A stretch of DNA of 61,632 nucleotides, taken from assembly GCA_045532215.1 (NCBI GenBank), contig JAZSFM010000061.1, forward strand, positions 1 through 61,632, given 5' to 3'. Positions 16,813 through 26,323 of this stretch are shown one piece after another. The position numbers and the translations under genes are program-made. Origin of the DNA: Eubacteriales bacterium (lineage in GTDB: Bacteria; Bacillota; Clostridia; Oscillospirales; CAG-272). The notes beneath the pieces are model-generated. The model worked only from the letters and a program-made list of their open reading frames with translations. It was not told where the DNA came from and made no database searches. The first letter of the stretch is position 1. Each line of letters starts with the position of its first letter.

Positions 16813-19704
16813 ATGGCTTCTACTATCAATCAACAATTTAAGATCACCAAGTTTGCAAAAGATTTGGGCATGAAGAGCAAGGATCTTGTCGAGCTGCTTG
16901 CTCAAAACGGAATTGAGGCAAAGACTACCCAAAAGGCGCTCGAACCGTTGGAATTTGACATTTTGTTTGAGTCTCTGACGCAAGCAAACCAAATTACCGA
17001 CATTGGTAGCTATTTGGATGGAGTGACCTATATTCCCTCCAAAGTAAAGAAGGAAGAAAAGGCAGAGAAAGCCGAAAAGGAAGAAAAGGCAGAAAAGGTT
17101 GAAAAGGTCGAGAAAGCACAAGAAGCTCCCAAGACCGAAACGCCCAAGACCGAAGCTCCCAAAAAGGCAGAAAAGCCCACCGAAAAGAAGGAGAGCGCTC
17201 CCAAGGCAAAAGAAGAAGCCCCTGCTGCACGTCCGCAGAACGTAGCAGAGAAGAAGGCAGAAGAAAAGCAAGAAGAGAAAAAGGAAGAAAAGCAGGCGCC
17301 CACGGCTCCCGCTACTCCTGCCGCACCCGCAGCACGTCCCGCGGCTCGTCAACCCTACACCGGCAACCCCTTCCGTCCGCAGCAAAATAGCGCTGCCGGT
17401 ATTAACGTAAAGCAAGTACCAACACAGCCCGCTAATCGTCCCGCTGCTCCTCAACAAAGAGCACCGCAGGGTGGTCAGCCCGCATTTGGCGGTGCAAAGC
17501 GTCCCGAGCCCTTTGGCGGTCGTCCTGCACAAGGCGGCAACGACTTTGGCGGTCAAAAGAAGGATCGCGGAAACTTTAATAAGGGCAACGATCGCGGACG
17601 CGGCGGATTTGATCGCGACAAGGGCGATTTCGTACAAAGCGCACCCAAAGATACCTTCAAGGCACAGCCCATCGTGCGTGGTGCATCTACCAACATCAAT
17701 CCCGATGGAACGCGCAAGGGTCCTCGCGTAATCGATACCCACACCTCGACGGTAGACCTTTCCAAGTATGATGAGCGTTTGGATAACTTCGTATCCGACC
17801 GCGACCACAACCTGCAGGGCGGCAACCAAAAGCTCAAAAAGCAAAACAACGCACAGCAGGGTGGACAAAACAGCTTTGGCAAGGGCAACAAAAACAATAA
17901 AAAAGATAAGGGACGCCGTGGAAATGCGCCCGCCGTTCAGCAACCTGTTAACTACAAACCCACCTCTGTTGAACTCCCCGAGGAGATCGTAGTCGGTCAA
18001 CTCGCTTCCAAGCTCCACGTAACGGCAGGTGAGGTTGTTAAGAAGTTGATTATGATGGGTATGATGGCAACCATTAACCAAGTCATCGACTTTGATACCG
18101 CCGCGCTCGTAGCAGATGAGTTCGGCATTGAAGCTACCCCCGAGGTAGTTGTCAGCATTGAGGAGCGTCTGTTCGATGACGCAGTCGACACCGATGAACA
18201 ACTCCAAGAACGTGCACCCGTTGTTTGCGTTATGGGTCACGTTGACCACGGCAAGACCTCTATTCTCGATGCTATCCGTAACACAAACGTTACCGCAGGC
18301 GAAGCAGGCGGGATTACCCAGCACATCGGTGCTTACCGCGTGAAGGCAGGCGGACGCGACATTACCTTCCTCGATACCCCCGGACACGCCGCATTTACCG
18401 CAATGCGTGCTCGCGGTGCGATGGCAACCGATATTGCAATTCTCGTAGTAGCAGCCGACGACGGTATTATGCCCCAAACCATTGAGGCGATCAATCACGC
18501 AAAAGCGGCAGAAATCGACATCGTAGTCGCCATCAACAAGATGGATAAGCCCACCGCTAATCCCGACCAAATTAAGCAAGAACTCACCCAATACGGTCTT
18601 GTTCCCGAAGAATGGGGCGGTGACACCATTTGCGTTCCCGTATCGGCTCTGACAAGACAAGGTATCGATGACCTTCTTGAAAGCGTATTGCTCGTAGCCG
18701 ACGTTAAGGAACTCAAAGCAAATCCCGACCGTCGCGCAAAGGGTATTGTTATCGAAGCAAAACTCGACCGCGGACGCGGACCTGTTGCAACGGTTCTGGT
18801 TCAAAACGGTACACTCCGCAGTGGAGATACCATTATTGCAGGTACGGCAGTCGGACACGTACGTTCGATGACCGACCACATGGGCAGAACGCTCAAATCA
18901 GCCGCTCCTTCTGTTCCTGTTGAAATTACAGGTCTTTCCGAGGTTCCCTCGGCAGGCGACGAATTCCAGGCAGTTGAAGACGAAAGAATGGCAAGAACGC
19001 TGGCAGATCAACGCCGCGACAAGGCAAAGGAAGACACATTCAAGGCAAATGCAAGAGCAAACCTCAACGATCTGTTTGCACAGATTTCCGAGGGTGTTAA
19101 GGATCTGAACATCATTGTTAAGGCAGACGTTGATGGCTCTGTTGAAGCGGTTAAGGCATCGCTTCTCAAACTTTCCAACGAGGAAGTCAAGGTTCGCGTT
19201 ATCCACGCGGCAGCAGGCGGTATCACCGAAGGTGACGTTACCTTTGCGGCAGCATCCAATGCGATCATCGTCGGCTTTAACGTTCGTCCCGATAAGACCG
19301 CGCTCGACTCTGCCGAGCGTCAGAACGTAGACGTACGCACCTATCGCGTCATTTACGAGTGTCTCGAAGAGATCGAGGCCGCTATGAAGGGTATGCTCGC
19401 GCCCAAGTACCGCGAGAACCTGCTCGGTCACGCCGAGGTACGCCAAACCATTCACGTACCCAACGTTGGCACCATTGCGGGCTCCTATATTCAGGACGGT
19501 AAGGTTACCCGTCAATCGCAGATCCGCGTTGTTCGTGACGGCGTAGTGATCTTTGAGGATAAGATTTCCTCGCTTAAGAGACTTCAGGACGATGCACGCG
19601 AAGTGGCTGCGGGCTACGAGTGCGGTATCGGTCTTGAAAAATTCAACGATATCAAGGTTGGCGATATTCTCGAGGCCTTCATTATGGAGCAGATCGAGCA
19701 ATAA
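16813..19704 (+). CDS. infB: Translation initiation factor IF-2
   Basis: GTP-binding domain ([18 protein letters not shown]) and a long, low-complexity, K/E/A/P-rich N-terminal region. Confidence 0.97.
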   Translation: MASTINQQFKITKFAKDLGMKSKDLVELLAQNGIEAKTTQKALEPLEFDILFESLTQANQITDIGSYLDGVTYIPSKVKKEEKAEKAEKEEKAEKVEKVEKAQEAPKTETPKTEAPKKAEKPTEKKESAPKAKEEAPAARPQNVAEKKAEEKQEEKKEEKQAPTAPATPAAPAARPAARQPYTGNPFRPQQNSAAGINVKQVPTQPANRPAAPQQRAPQGGQPAFGGAKRPEPFGGRPAQGGNDFGGQKKDRGNFNKGNDRGRGGFDRDKGDFVQSAPKDTFKAQPIVRGASTNINPDGTRKGPRVIDTHTSTVDLSKYDERLDNFVSDRDHNLQGGNQKLKKQNNAQQGGQNSFGKGNKNNKKDKGRRGNAPAVQQPVNYKPTSVELPEEIVVGQLASKLHVTAGEVVKKLIMMGMMATINQVIDFDTAALVADEFGIEATPEVVVSIEERLFDDAVDTDEQLQERAPVVCVMGHVDHGKTSILDAIRNTNVTAGEAGGITQHIGAYRVKAGGRDITFLDTPGHAAFTAMRARGAMATDIAILVVAADDGIMPQTIEAINHAKAAEIDIVVAINKMDKPTANPDQIKQELTQYGLVPEEWGGDTICVPVSALTRQGIDDLLESVLLVADVKELKANPDRRAKGIVIEAKLDRGRGPVATVLVQNGTLRSGDTIIAGTAVGHVRSMTDHMGRTLKSAAPSVPVEITGLSEVPSAGDEFQAVEDERMARTLADQRRDKAKEDTFKANARANLNDLFAQISEGVKDLNIIVKADVDGSVEAVKASLLKLSNEEVKVRVIHAAAGGITEGDVTFAAASNAIIVGFNVRPDKTALDSAERQNVDVRTYRVIYECLEEIEAAMKGMLAPKYRENLLGHAEVRQTIHVPNVGTIAGSYIQDGKVTRQSQIRVVRDGVVIFEDKISSLKRLQDDAREVAAGYECGIGLEKFNDIKVGDILEAFIMEQIEQ

Positions 19705-19779
19705 TCGCATGAAGCAGATGTTCTCCGAGTGGGGCGGTCAGCCGCCCCGACGGGGAAAAAGGAAGGAAGTGACCAAAAT

Positions 19780-20214
19780 ATGCTTCGTGAAAAATCCTGC
19801 GGTGCGCTCGTTGTGCGCCGAGATGAAGAGGATGGAAAACAATATCTTTTGATGATACGGCACAAGCTTGGCGGTCACCGTTCTTTCCCCAAGGGGCACA
19901 TGGAGCCGGGCGAAACCGAGTACATGACAGCCGTGCGCGAGGTATATGAGGAGACCGCCGTGCAGATTCGCATTGATTGCAAATTCCGCGAGACGGTGCA
20001 TTACAATCCCATGCCGGGTGTGTCCAAAGAGGTTGTCTACTTCCTAACGCACACCACGCAAAAAAACGTCAAGGCACGCGAGGGAGAGATTGCGCAGGTT
20101 GAGTGGGTACCCCTCGAGCAGGTTGAGCAGTCACTCACGCACGAAAACGATAAGGTCGTGTTCCGCTCCGCAATGAAAAAGCTGCAAGCCGACGAGCTGC
20201 AAGCCAAAGGATAA
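19780..20214 (+). CDS. NUDIX hydrolase
   Basis: Nudix box GHMEPGETEYMTAVREVYEETAV. Start at the ATG (MLREKS). Confidence 0.82.
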   Translation: MLREKSCGALVVRRDEEDGKQYLLMIRHKLGGHRSFPKGHMEPGETEYMTAVREVYEETAVQIRIDCKFRETVHYNPMPGVSKEVVYFLTHTTQKNVKAREGEIAQVEWVPLEQVEQSLTHENDKVVFRSAMKKLQADELQAKG

Positions 20215-20294
20215 AAAATTTGCGTCAAAAGTACATTTTTTCAAAGAATCGCATATATTGTAGTACCAAATTGGTAGGGAAAGGATAGATAGCG

Positions 20295-20387
20295 ATGAAA
20301 ATGTTTGTATGGCGCGCCCCGGCGTTTTTGGCTCCGCTCTTGCAAAAGCTGTTTGGCAAACGCAAATCAAAAAAGAAAAAAGAATAA
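20295..20387 (+). CDS. spoVM: 30-aa SpoVM-like amphipathic sporulation peptide (absent from the ORF track)
   Basis: MKMFVWRAPAFLAPLLQKLFGKRKSKKKKE aligns with B. subtilis SpoVM (MKFYTIKLPKFLGGIVRAMLGSFRKD) at M1, K2, a basic residue at 7, P9, F11, L12 and G21. Has the RBS GGGAAAGGA and its own terminator. Confidence 0.5.
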   Translation: MKMFVWRAPAFLAPLLQKLFGKRKSKKKKE

Positions 20388-20391
20388 ACAA

Positions 20392-20423
20392 AAAGATGCA
20401 AGCTCGCGCTTGCATCTTTTTTT
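20392..20423 (+). terminator. Intrinsic terminator
   Basis: Stem AGATGCAAGC / GCTTGCATCT followed by TTTTTTT. Confidence 0.85.
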
Positions 20424-20451
20424 ACTCTTCGGGGCGTTGCTCACGGCACTA

Positions 20452-20506
20452 TTGACATTTTTTGCACTTTATGCTATAATAAAATCAATCGATACCCAAT
20501 CGATAC
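20452..20506 (+). promoter_or_regulatory. Consensus sigma-A promoter followed by a tandem CAATCGATAC repeat (candidate operator)
   Basis: TTGACA (20452-20457), 17 nt, TATAAT (20475-20480). CAATCGATAC then occurs at 20486-20495 and again at 20497-20506. Confidence 0.65.
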
Positions 20507-20537
20507 ACTTCAATTTTGAAAAAAGGAGGTTGTCCCT

Positions 20538-21617
20538 ATGAAGAGATTATTGGCTTACGTACTTGTTTTGGTGCTTATCTTGGCTCTTGTTGGGTGTAAT
20601 AACACCCCAAACAACCCAAACGAAACAACACCACAGCAAACCACTCCCACAGAAACCACTCCACAGCAAACGCCCACCGACGGAACCACCCCCGCAGAAA
20701 CAACGCCCGAGGTGAGCACGCCTGAAGAAACAACGCCTGCAGATACCACATCAGATGAAAAAAATCCCGACGATGAGTTGAAAAATTTGACGATGGACGA
20801 TTTGAGAACCCTTGTCAATACTTATGGAAAGGGTTTGACATGGTCGCATTTTGAGGGATACAATTATTCCGAAAGAAGTTTTAGCGGCTCAATTGATCGC
20901 TCTTATAAAATTGATGAAAGATACGCTTTATGGATATGGGGAGAATCTCTTTTGACACTTCCCAAAGAAATTCGTTTAGAAGATCATTTGGAGCCCTATA
21001 AGTATATTGATGTTCGAACCAAAAGCATCGACGAATTTGTAGGCAATTGCCCAATCGGTGTTCACAAGTGGGATAACGGAACGTGGACTGAAATTCCCGG
21101 CGGCGGAGAAGAATTGGTTTATCGTTGCCTCCTTTGCGGAGCTACCAAAACGGGAGAACCCAACCGATTCAAAATTGATGATGTCAACTTCACGTATTGC
21201 TACGCCAACCGTGAGAATGCTTATTACACCAATGCTTTGAACGCACATCCGCTTCTAATAACGCTTCCACTTCTCAAGTTTGATACCCTTGAAGAAGTGG
21301 AGCAATTCAAACTCTTGCTGGAGGGCTATAGTCTTAACGATTTCAATGAGGCAACAGGTGCATTTGATGAAGCTTTTTTTGCCGAAAATACACTAATGTT
21401 GTTTTGCATTTATGAAGGCAGTAGCACTTATCGATTTGGTGTCAATAGCGTTTTCTGCGACGGTAACTCTTTTTGCGTCTATGTAGAGCAGTTGAATGAT
21501 CCGATTTATGTAACAAATGACATAGCTTTTTGGATTTTTACTTTCTCTGTTGCGGATAGTATGATAGAAAATTGTACTGAATTTGATGCGGTTGGATTGC
21601 CGTATCCAAGAGGATAA
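20538..21617 (+). CDS. Lipoprotein with a Thr/Pro-rich linker; function unknown
   Basis: Signal peptide with lipobox LVGC, ETTP-type repeats, and a C/H-containing globular C-terminal part. Confidence 0.75.
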   Translation: MKRLLAYVLVLVLILALVGCNNTPNNPNETTPQQTTPTETTPQQTPTDGTTPAETTPEVSTPEETTPADTTSDEKNPDDELKNLTMDDLRTLVNTYGKGLTWSHFEGYNYSERSFSGSIDRSYKIDERYALWIWGESLLTLPKEIRLEDHLEPYKYIDVRTKSIDEFVGNCPIGVHKWDNGTWTEIPGGGEELVYRCLLCGATKTGEPNRFKIDDVNFTYCYANRENAYYTNALNAHPLLITLPLLKFDTLEEVEQFKLLLEGYSLNDFNEATGAFDEAFFAENTLMLFCIYEGSSTYRFGVNSVFCDGNSFCVYVEQLNDPIYVTNDIAFWIFTFSVADSMIENCTEFDAVGLPYPRG

Positions 21618-21623
21618 TTTTAT

Positions 21624-21667
21624 AAAAACAGAGCCGGGCGACCGTTGGTCGCTCGGCTCTGTTTTTT
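21624..21667. terminator. Bidirectional intrinsic terminator
   Basis: Long stem ACAGAGCCGGGCGAC / GTCGCTCGGCTCTGT flanked by AAAAA and TTTTTT. Confidence 0.88.
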
Positions 21668-21674
21668 GGGGGAA

Positions 21675-22652
21675 TCACCGCACAAACAACAGTAATAGGC
21701 ACGCACAAAACACCGCCTGCATCAGTTTTGCTACAAAATACGGGCGCGTGGAGAGGTCGTGCCCATCGGTGAGTGAGAGCATTTGGCAATGAATCGAGAT
21801 GCCCGACCATCCCACCGCCATGCCTGTAAGGAGCGTGGCAAAGCTTCTGTTGGCAAGCCCTGTCGCCGCGCTCACACCGCCCGAAAGCTCCAAAACAGCA
21901 GAGAGGATGGCGTGGGTGGTTTCATTTGCTCCAAAGCGCCCAAGGATGAGCCCGATGGCTCCCGTCAGAGTGGAAAAGAAGACCACATATGCGCAAATAA
22001 AGAGAGTGTTTATGGTTGCATTTTTCACTGCCGAGGGGAACATTCCTTTGTCAAAATGCAACTTGATGGGGAAAGGAGAGGTATCCCTTTTTTCTTCTTT
22101 TTCTTTGCGATTTTGCACCACGTGTAACAGAATTCCGCTCAAAAGTGCCGAAAGAATAGCGGCAAAATAGAGCCGCGTACCAAATTTGGCATCCTTCCAA
22201 AGCGTTGTTCCAACAGTGCTGATTAGAAAAGCGGAGGAAGGAATTGCCGAAGATGCCAATGTGCGCTCACATTCGGCGCGTGCCATCGTTCCTTTTTCGT
22301 ATGCTAAAATCGCGCACCGCGCCCCTACGGGAAATCCGCATACAAGTCCCAACACCACCGCACAGCATCCCGCACGCGAAAGCCCTAAAAGTTTTCCCAA
22401 AGGACGCGCAAAGGGAGTCATCAGCCATTCCCCCGCACCGCTCGCCACCAAAAACTCCGAGAGCACCATAAAAGGGAAGAGTGAGGGCACAACCGCGCGC
22501 GCACAGAGCGAGAGCCCCTCTCTCATACAATCCGCGGCGAGGTCCGCGCGTCGCAGGAGCAAGGCAAGACTGAAAAGCAGCAAAAGAATGAGGCAGATCC
22601 CCCCCACGCGTGGGCGTTCTGCCTTTTTGACGTGCGCCGGTTGTAGTGTCAT
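21675..22652 (-). CDS. ylbJ: Sporulation integral membrane protein YlbJ (nucleoside-recognition-domain family)
   Basis: VPSLFPFMVLSE... and repeated gate domains. Start at the ATG 22652 behind GGGAGAGGGG. Confidence 0.8.
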   Translation of the reverse strand: MTLQPAHVKKAERPRVGGICLILLLLFSLALLLRRADLAADCMREGLSLCARAVVPSLFPFMVLSEFLVASGAGEWLMTPFARPLGKLLGLSRAGCCAVVLGLVCGFPVGARCAILAYEKGTMARAECERTLASSAIPSSAFLISTVGTTLWKDAKFGTRLYFAAILSALLSGILLHVVQNRKEKEEKRDTSPFPIKLHFDKGMFPSAVKNATINTLFICAYVVFFSTLTGAIGLILGRFGANETTHAILSAVLELSGGVSAATGLANRSFATLLTGMAVGWSGISIHCQMLSLTDGHDLSTRPYFVAKLMQAVFCACLLLLFVR

Positions 22653-22743
22653 TTTGCCCCTCTCCCTTGCATAAAATGAGTGTTGATACAACCTACGCGC
22701 GCGGTGTCCGATTTATTCCACGCGCCAAAATGGAGGGAGAAAA

Positions 22744-23076
22744 ATGGCAAAAAACGAACAACGTAGTGCAAAAAGCGGCAAAAAAGAACGCTTTTCTTGG
22801 CGAGAAGACGACCTTTTTTGCACCGAAAGCGTCCTTTTGCGCGGGGAGCATAGCGCAGTCCTTTACGGCTGCGGTCGCATTTTGTTTTATGGGCGCGAGC
22901 GCATTTGCTTTTCTATGGGGCAGCGCTCGGTTTCTGTCTTTGGTAAGGGGCTTTGCTGCACGGTGTTCTCACCGTCAGGCGTAACGGTAGAGGGAAAGAT
23001 CGCAGGCGTTTGTTATTGTAATGCCGACTGCGCAGGTTCTTGCCGGTTAGTATGCCGAGAGGAGGGAGAGGGATGA
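22744..23076 (+). CDS. yqfC: Sporulation protein YqfC (YabP/YqfC family)
   Basis: Size, the VEGKI..V.Y C-terminal pattern, and its position directly upstream of yqfD. Confidence 0.72.
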   Translation: MAKNEQRSAKSGKKERFSWREDDLFCTESVLLRGEHSAVLYGCGRILFYGRERICFSMGQRSVSVFGKGLCCTVFSPSGVTVEGKIAGVCYCNADCAGSCRLVCREEGEG

Positions 23077-24266
23077 GTGTTGCTCTGTTTTTGAGGGGGA
23101 GTTGTACGGTTGCCATTCCGTCCCCTCATCGCACGGCCGCAATGAATTTGTGTATGCAGATGGGCTTGCAGTATAGCGGTTTTCGATGGTGCGACGATGG
23201 CAGTGTTCGCTTTTCTTGCACTGTCTCGGCGGCACGGCGCTTTCTTGCTGCCTGCCACAAACGAGATATCGAAGTCGAAATTGTTGCGTATCGAGGTTTT
23301 CCATACTTCTTGAAGCGCATAGGCACACGTGCGGGACTTGTTGTGGGGGCAGTTTTGGGGCTGACGTTGATTGTTTTGTCGGGGCTGTTTGTCTGGGACG
23401 TGCAGGTCAGCGGTAACACCACCCTGACCGAAGGCGAGATCATTGAGGAACTGCGGGCGTGCGGCTTTGGTGTGGGGAGTTATCTGCCTGCTCTGCGCGT
23501 CCGAGAGATTGAAAACCGCGTGCTGATGGCATCCGACCGTATCGGGTGGCTTTCCATCAACACCGAGGGAACGGTGGCGCGTGTACAGGTCATCGAGCAT
23601 ATTTCGGGCGAGAGTGAGGGAGAGGGCGATTCTTCAGGCAAGCGTCCTGCCAATCTTGTGGCTACACGTGACGGGCAGATCGAATATCTCGAACTCTATC
23701 GCGGGAACGCCGTAGTAATAGTGGGGCAAGCAGTCAAGGCGGGGGAACTTCTTGTCAGTGGTCTGTACGACAATCCCTCAGGCGGCTTTCGCTGGACGCG
23801 TGCCGCTGGACGCGTCATGGCACGCACCGAGCACACCATCAAGGTGGAAATTCCGCTCTCGTATGAAGAAAAAGTCTATGATGATCCCTATTTGCAGGAA
23901 ATCGAAGTGCATTTTTTCAATTTTTCGCACAAAATTTTCAAAAATAGTGGAAATTCGGATACATTATGTGATATAATAAAATATAATTCTAATTTAGGGC
24001 GGCTTGGCCGCAACCGACTTCCTTTGTCGCTTTCTCGCACAGAGGTGCGCCCTTATCACACCGAGTGGCGGGAGCGTAGTGAAGAGGAAGCACTAAAACT
24101 CTGTTATGAAAAACTTTCGCAAGAGTTATCGTCATTTTCGGGCGAGGCACAGCTTTTGCAAAAACAGATCACAACCCAGATGGGAGAAAACTCTGTTGTC
24201 CTTATCTGCACCATCATCTGCATTGAGAACATTGCAGGGGTGCAGGAATTTGAAATCGTTGGATAA
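23073..24266 (+). CDS. yqfD: Sporulation protein YqfD (stage IV)
   Basis: ATGA overlap with yqfC. A single TM segment is followed by WDVQVSGNTTLTEGEI, typical of YqfD. Confidence 0.82.
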   Translation: MSVALFLRGSCTVAIPSPHRTAAMNLCMQMGLQYSGFRWCDDGSVRFSCTVSAARRFLAACHKRDIEVEIVAYRGFPYFLKRIGTRAGLVVGAVLGLTLIVLSGLFVWDVQVSGNTTLTEGEIIEELRACGFGVGSYLPALRVREIENRVLMASDRIGWLSINTEGTVARVQVIEHISGESEGEGDSSGKRPANLVATRDGQIEYLELYRGNAVVIVGQAVKAGELLVSGLYDNPSGGFRWTRAAGRVMARTEHTIKVEIPLSYEEKVYDDPYLQEIEVHFFNFSHKIFKNSGNSDTLCDIIKYNSNLGRLGRNRLPLSLSRTEVRPYHTEWRERSEEEALKLCYEKLSQELSSFSGEAQLLQKQITTQMGENSVVLICTIICIENIAGVQEFEIVG

Positions 24267-24283
24267 GTATCGAAAGGAACTTT

Positions 24284-25330
24284 ATGAACCGAAAGATTAT
24301 TCGCATGGAACACGCAGATGCCACCGCCAAAATTTTTGGCAACTGCGATAGCAACGCACACCGCATCGAAAAACAGTTTGGCGTTACACTTCGTAATCGC
24401 GAAACCGAGGCAGGCGACTCGATTATCATTGAGGGTGACGACCAAGAAATGCTGAATGCCGCCGCTGATTGTGTGGCATATTTGCATGATCTTTCTTCCA
24501 AAACCGAGGTCATCACCGAGCAATCTTTGCAATACGCCATCGATATGATTGCAGGAGGGCAAACCAAAGAGCTTGCCGCTCTTGGCGATTCTTGCATCTG
24601 TGTCACCACACGCGGCAAGCCCATCAAGGCAAAAACACTCGGGCAGCAACAGTATATCGACTCCATTCGCAAGAACACCATTGTGCTTGGTGTTGGACCT
24701 GCGGGAACAGGTAAGACTTTTCTAGCAGTCGCCATGGCAGTCAAGGCATTGCGCGAAAAGCAGGTCACGCGTATCATTCTGACGCGCCCCGCGATTGAAG
24801 CGGGAGAAAAGCTCGGCTTTTTGCCCGGTGACCTGCAAAGCAAGATCGATCCCTATCTGCGCCCCCTTTACGATGCTCTCTACGAAATGCTGGGTGCCGA
24901 GACCTATCAGCGCTTGCAAGAAAAAGGAACCATCGAAATCGCACCCTTGGCATATATGAGAGGTCGCACGCTTGACGATTCCTTTATCATTCTCGACGAG
25001 GCGCAAAACGCCACACCAGAACAGATGAAAATGTTTTTGACGCGTCTTGGCTTCAACTCCAAGGCGGTTGTTACGGGTGACTTGACACAAACTGACCTTC
25101 CAAAAGGACAAAAGAGCGGTCTTGCAACCGTCGTCAAAATCCTTGATGGAATTGATGATATCGGCATCCATTATTTCAACGAGCGTGACGTTGTTCGTCA
25201 CCGCTTGGTACAAAAGATTATTTTGGCATACGAAAAATACGATAGAGAACTCGCACGCCGCGAGGCGGAGCGCCGTGCCGCAGTGCAACAAAAGCTGCGT
25301 GCCGAAAAAACCGAAAAGAACACAAAGTGA
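24284..25330 (+). CDS. phoH: PhoH-family ATPase
   Basis: Walker A GPAGTGKTFLAVA and Walker B ILDEAQN. Confidence 0.92.
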   Translation: MNRKIIRMEHADATAKIFGNCDSNAHRIEKQFGVTLRNRETEAGDSIIIEGDDQEMLNAAADCVAYLHDLSSKTEVITEQSLQYAIDMIAGGQTKELAALGDSCICVTTRGKPIKAKTLGQQQYIDSIRKNTIVLGVGPAGTGKTFLAVAMAVKALREKQVTRIILTRPAIEAGEKLGFLPGDLQSKIDPYLRPLYDALYEMLGAETYQRLQEKGTIEIAPLAYMRGRTLDDSFIILDEAQNATPEQMKMFLTRLGFNSKAVVTGDLTQTDLPKGQKSGLATVVKILDGIDDIGIHYFNERDVVRHRLVQKIILAYEKYDRELARREAERRAAVQQKLRAEKTEKNTK

Positions 25331-25338
25331 GGTCTATT

Positions 25339-25842
25339 ATGAACAGAAAAATGAATTTGCGCATTTATTTTGACAATCATCAGGACAAGCTCCCACTGAC
25401 CTACCGTCTCAAAATGTTGGTTCGCGAGGCGATTGAAGCTACCCTCGATTATGAACAATACGGCAATCCCTGCGAGGTTTCGGTCTCCTTTGTGGATAAC
25501 GTCGAGATTCGCGATCTGAATAAAAAGTTCCGTGGCATGGATAAAAGCACAGACGTACTTTCTTTCCCTCTGTTTGATTACGAGGGCGAGAGCGAAGAAC
25601 CTCCTGTAGACGAAATGCTCGGTATGCTTGGCGACATCGTTCTTTCTTTGGAGCAAGCTGCTCTGCAAGCAGAGGAGTACGGTCATAGCTTTGAGCGTGA
25701 GGTGGCATTCCTTACGGTGCATTCTATGTTGCACCTCTTGGGCTACGACCACGAAACGGGCGAGGAGGACGAGGCCGATATGCGCCGCCGTCAAAGTGCC
25801 GTTATGGATTTGATGGGGCTCTCCGTAAAAGCGGAGGCGTAA
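25339..25842 (+). CDS. ybeY: rRNA maturation endoribonuclease YbeY
   Basis: HSMLHLLGYDH zinc-binding motif. Confidence 0.92.
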   Translation: MNRKMNLRIYFDNHQDKLPLTYRLKMLVREAIEATLDYEQYGNPCEVSVSFVDNVEIRDLNKKFRGMDKSTDVLSFPLFDYEGESEEPPVDEMLGMLGDIVLSLEQAALQAEEYGHSFEREVAFLTVHSMLHLLGYDHETGEEDEADMRRRQSAVMDLMGLSVKAEA

Positions 25843-25845
25843 GAG

Positions 25846-26298
25846 ATGGCACGCCAACAGATTGATACGGCGGGAAAGACCGAAACCTTTTTTAGCCGAA
25901 ATGTCAAGCTTATCACGTTTCTTATCTGTGTTGCCATCATCTTTTCTCCGTTCGTCGTTACTTACATCAAAGATTACATCGAGGATAAGCGTTTGGAAAA
26001 ACGCCCCGATATGACGGTGGAAGAACTCTATTCGATTGCTCAAAAGGGCAAAGATTTGAGCCAGCGCGATCTTGCCAAATATGAGGGATATTGCGACAAG
26101 AGTGAAATGCAAGGAATGAAATATGCAATGTATCACATTCCCGTTACCGACCGTTTTATGCTCTCTGTCAACTTTGATGCCGAAGAGGATCATTTGATGT
26201 CCTTGAATCTCATCGATTTGGAAAACCAACCAATGAAATTGGATCTACTCACCGAGGCGGACAGGTTGGAGAATTTTCTCGCGGCTCCCGCGAATTAA
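25846..26298 (+). CDS. Hypothetical N-terminally membrane-anchored protein
   Basis: One TM helix (LITFLICVAIIFSPFVV) and no recognised motif. Sits between ybeY and era, where dgkA and cdd lie in Bacillus. Confidence 0.6.
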   Translation: MARQQIDTAGKTETFFSRNVKLITFLICVAIIFSPFVVTYIKDYIEDKRLEKRPDMTVEELYSIAQKGKDLSQRDLAKYEGYCDKSEMQGMKYAMYHIPVTDRFMLSVNFDAEEDHLMSLNLIDLENQPMKLDLLTEADRLENFLAAPAN

Positions 26299-26323
26299 CT
26301 TGACAAAAAGGATTTTTGATTTT

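Noticed and set aside
16990-17300. Short tandem repeats as a possible CRISPR-like or satellite array
   Set aside because: They lie inside the infB reading frame and encode the low-complexity IF-2 linker. There is no repeat-spacer regularity.
16801-18879. 692-aa ORF on the minus strand
   Set aside because: It is antisense to the unambiguous infB gene, has low-complexity Cys/Gly/Leu-rich composition and no RBS. It is a shadow ORF.
21639-21651. 13-mer CGACCGTTGGTCG, recurring as CGACCATTGGTCG at 41761-41773, as a possible repeat family
   Set aside because: Only 13 nt are shared. Both sit in generic GC-rich hairpins, which is insufficient to distinguish from chance without a genome-wide count.
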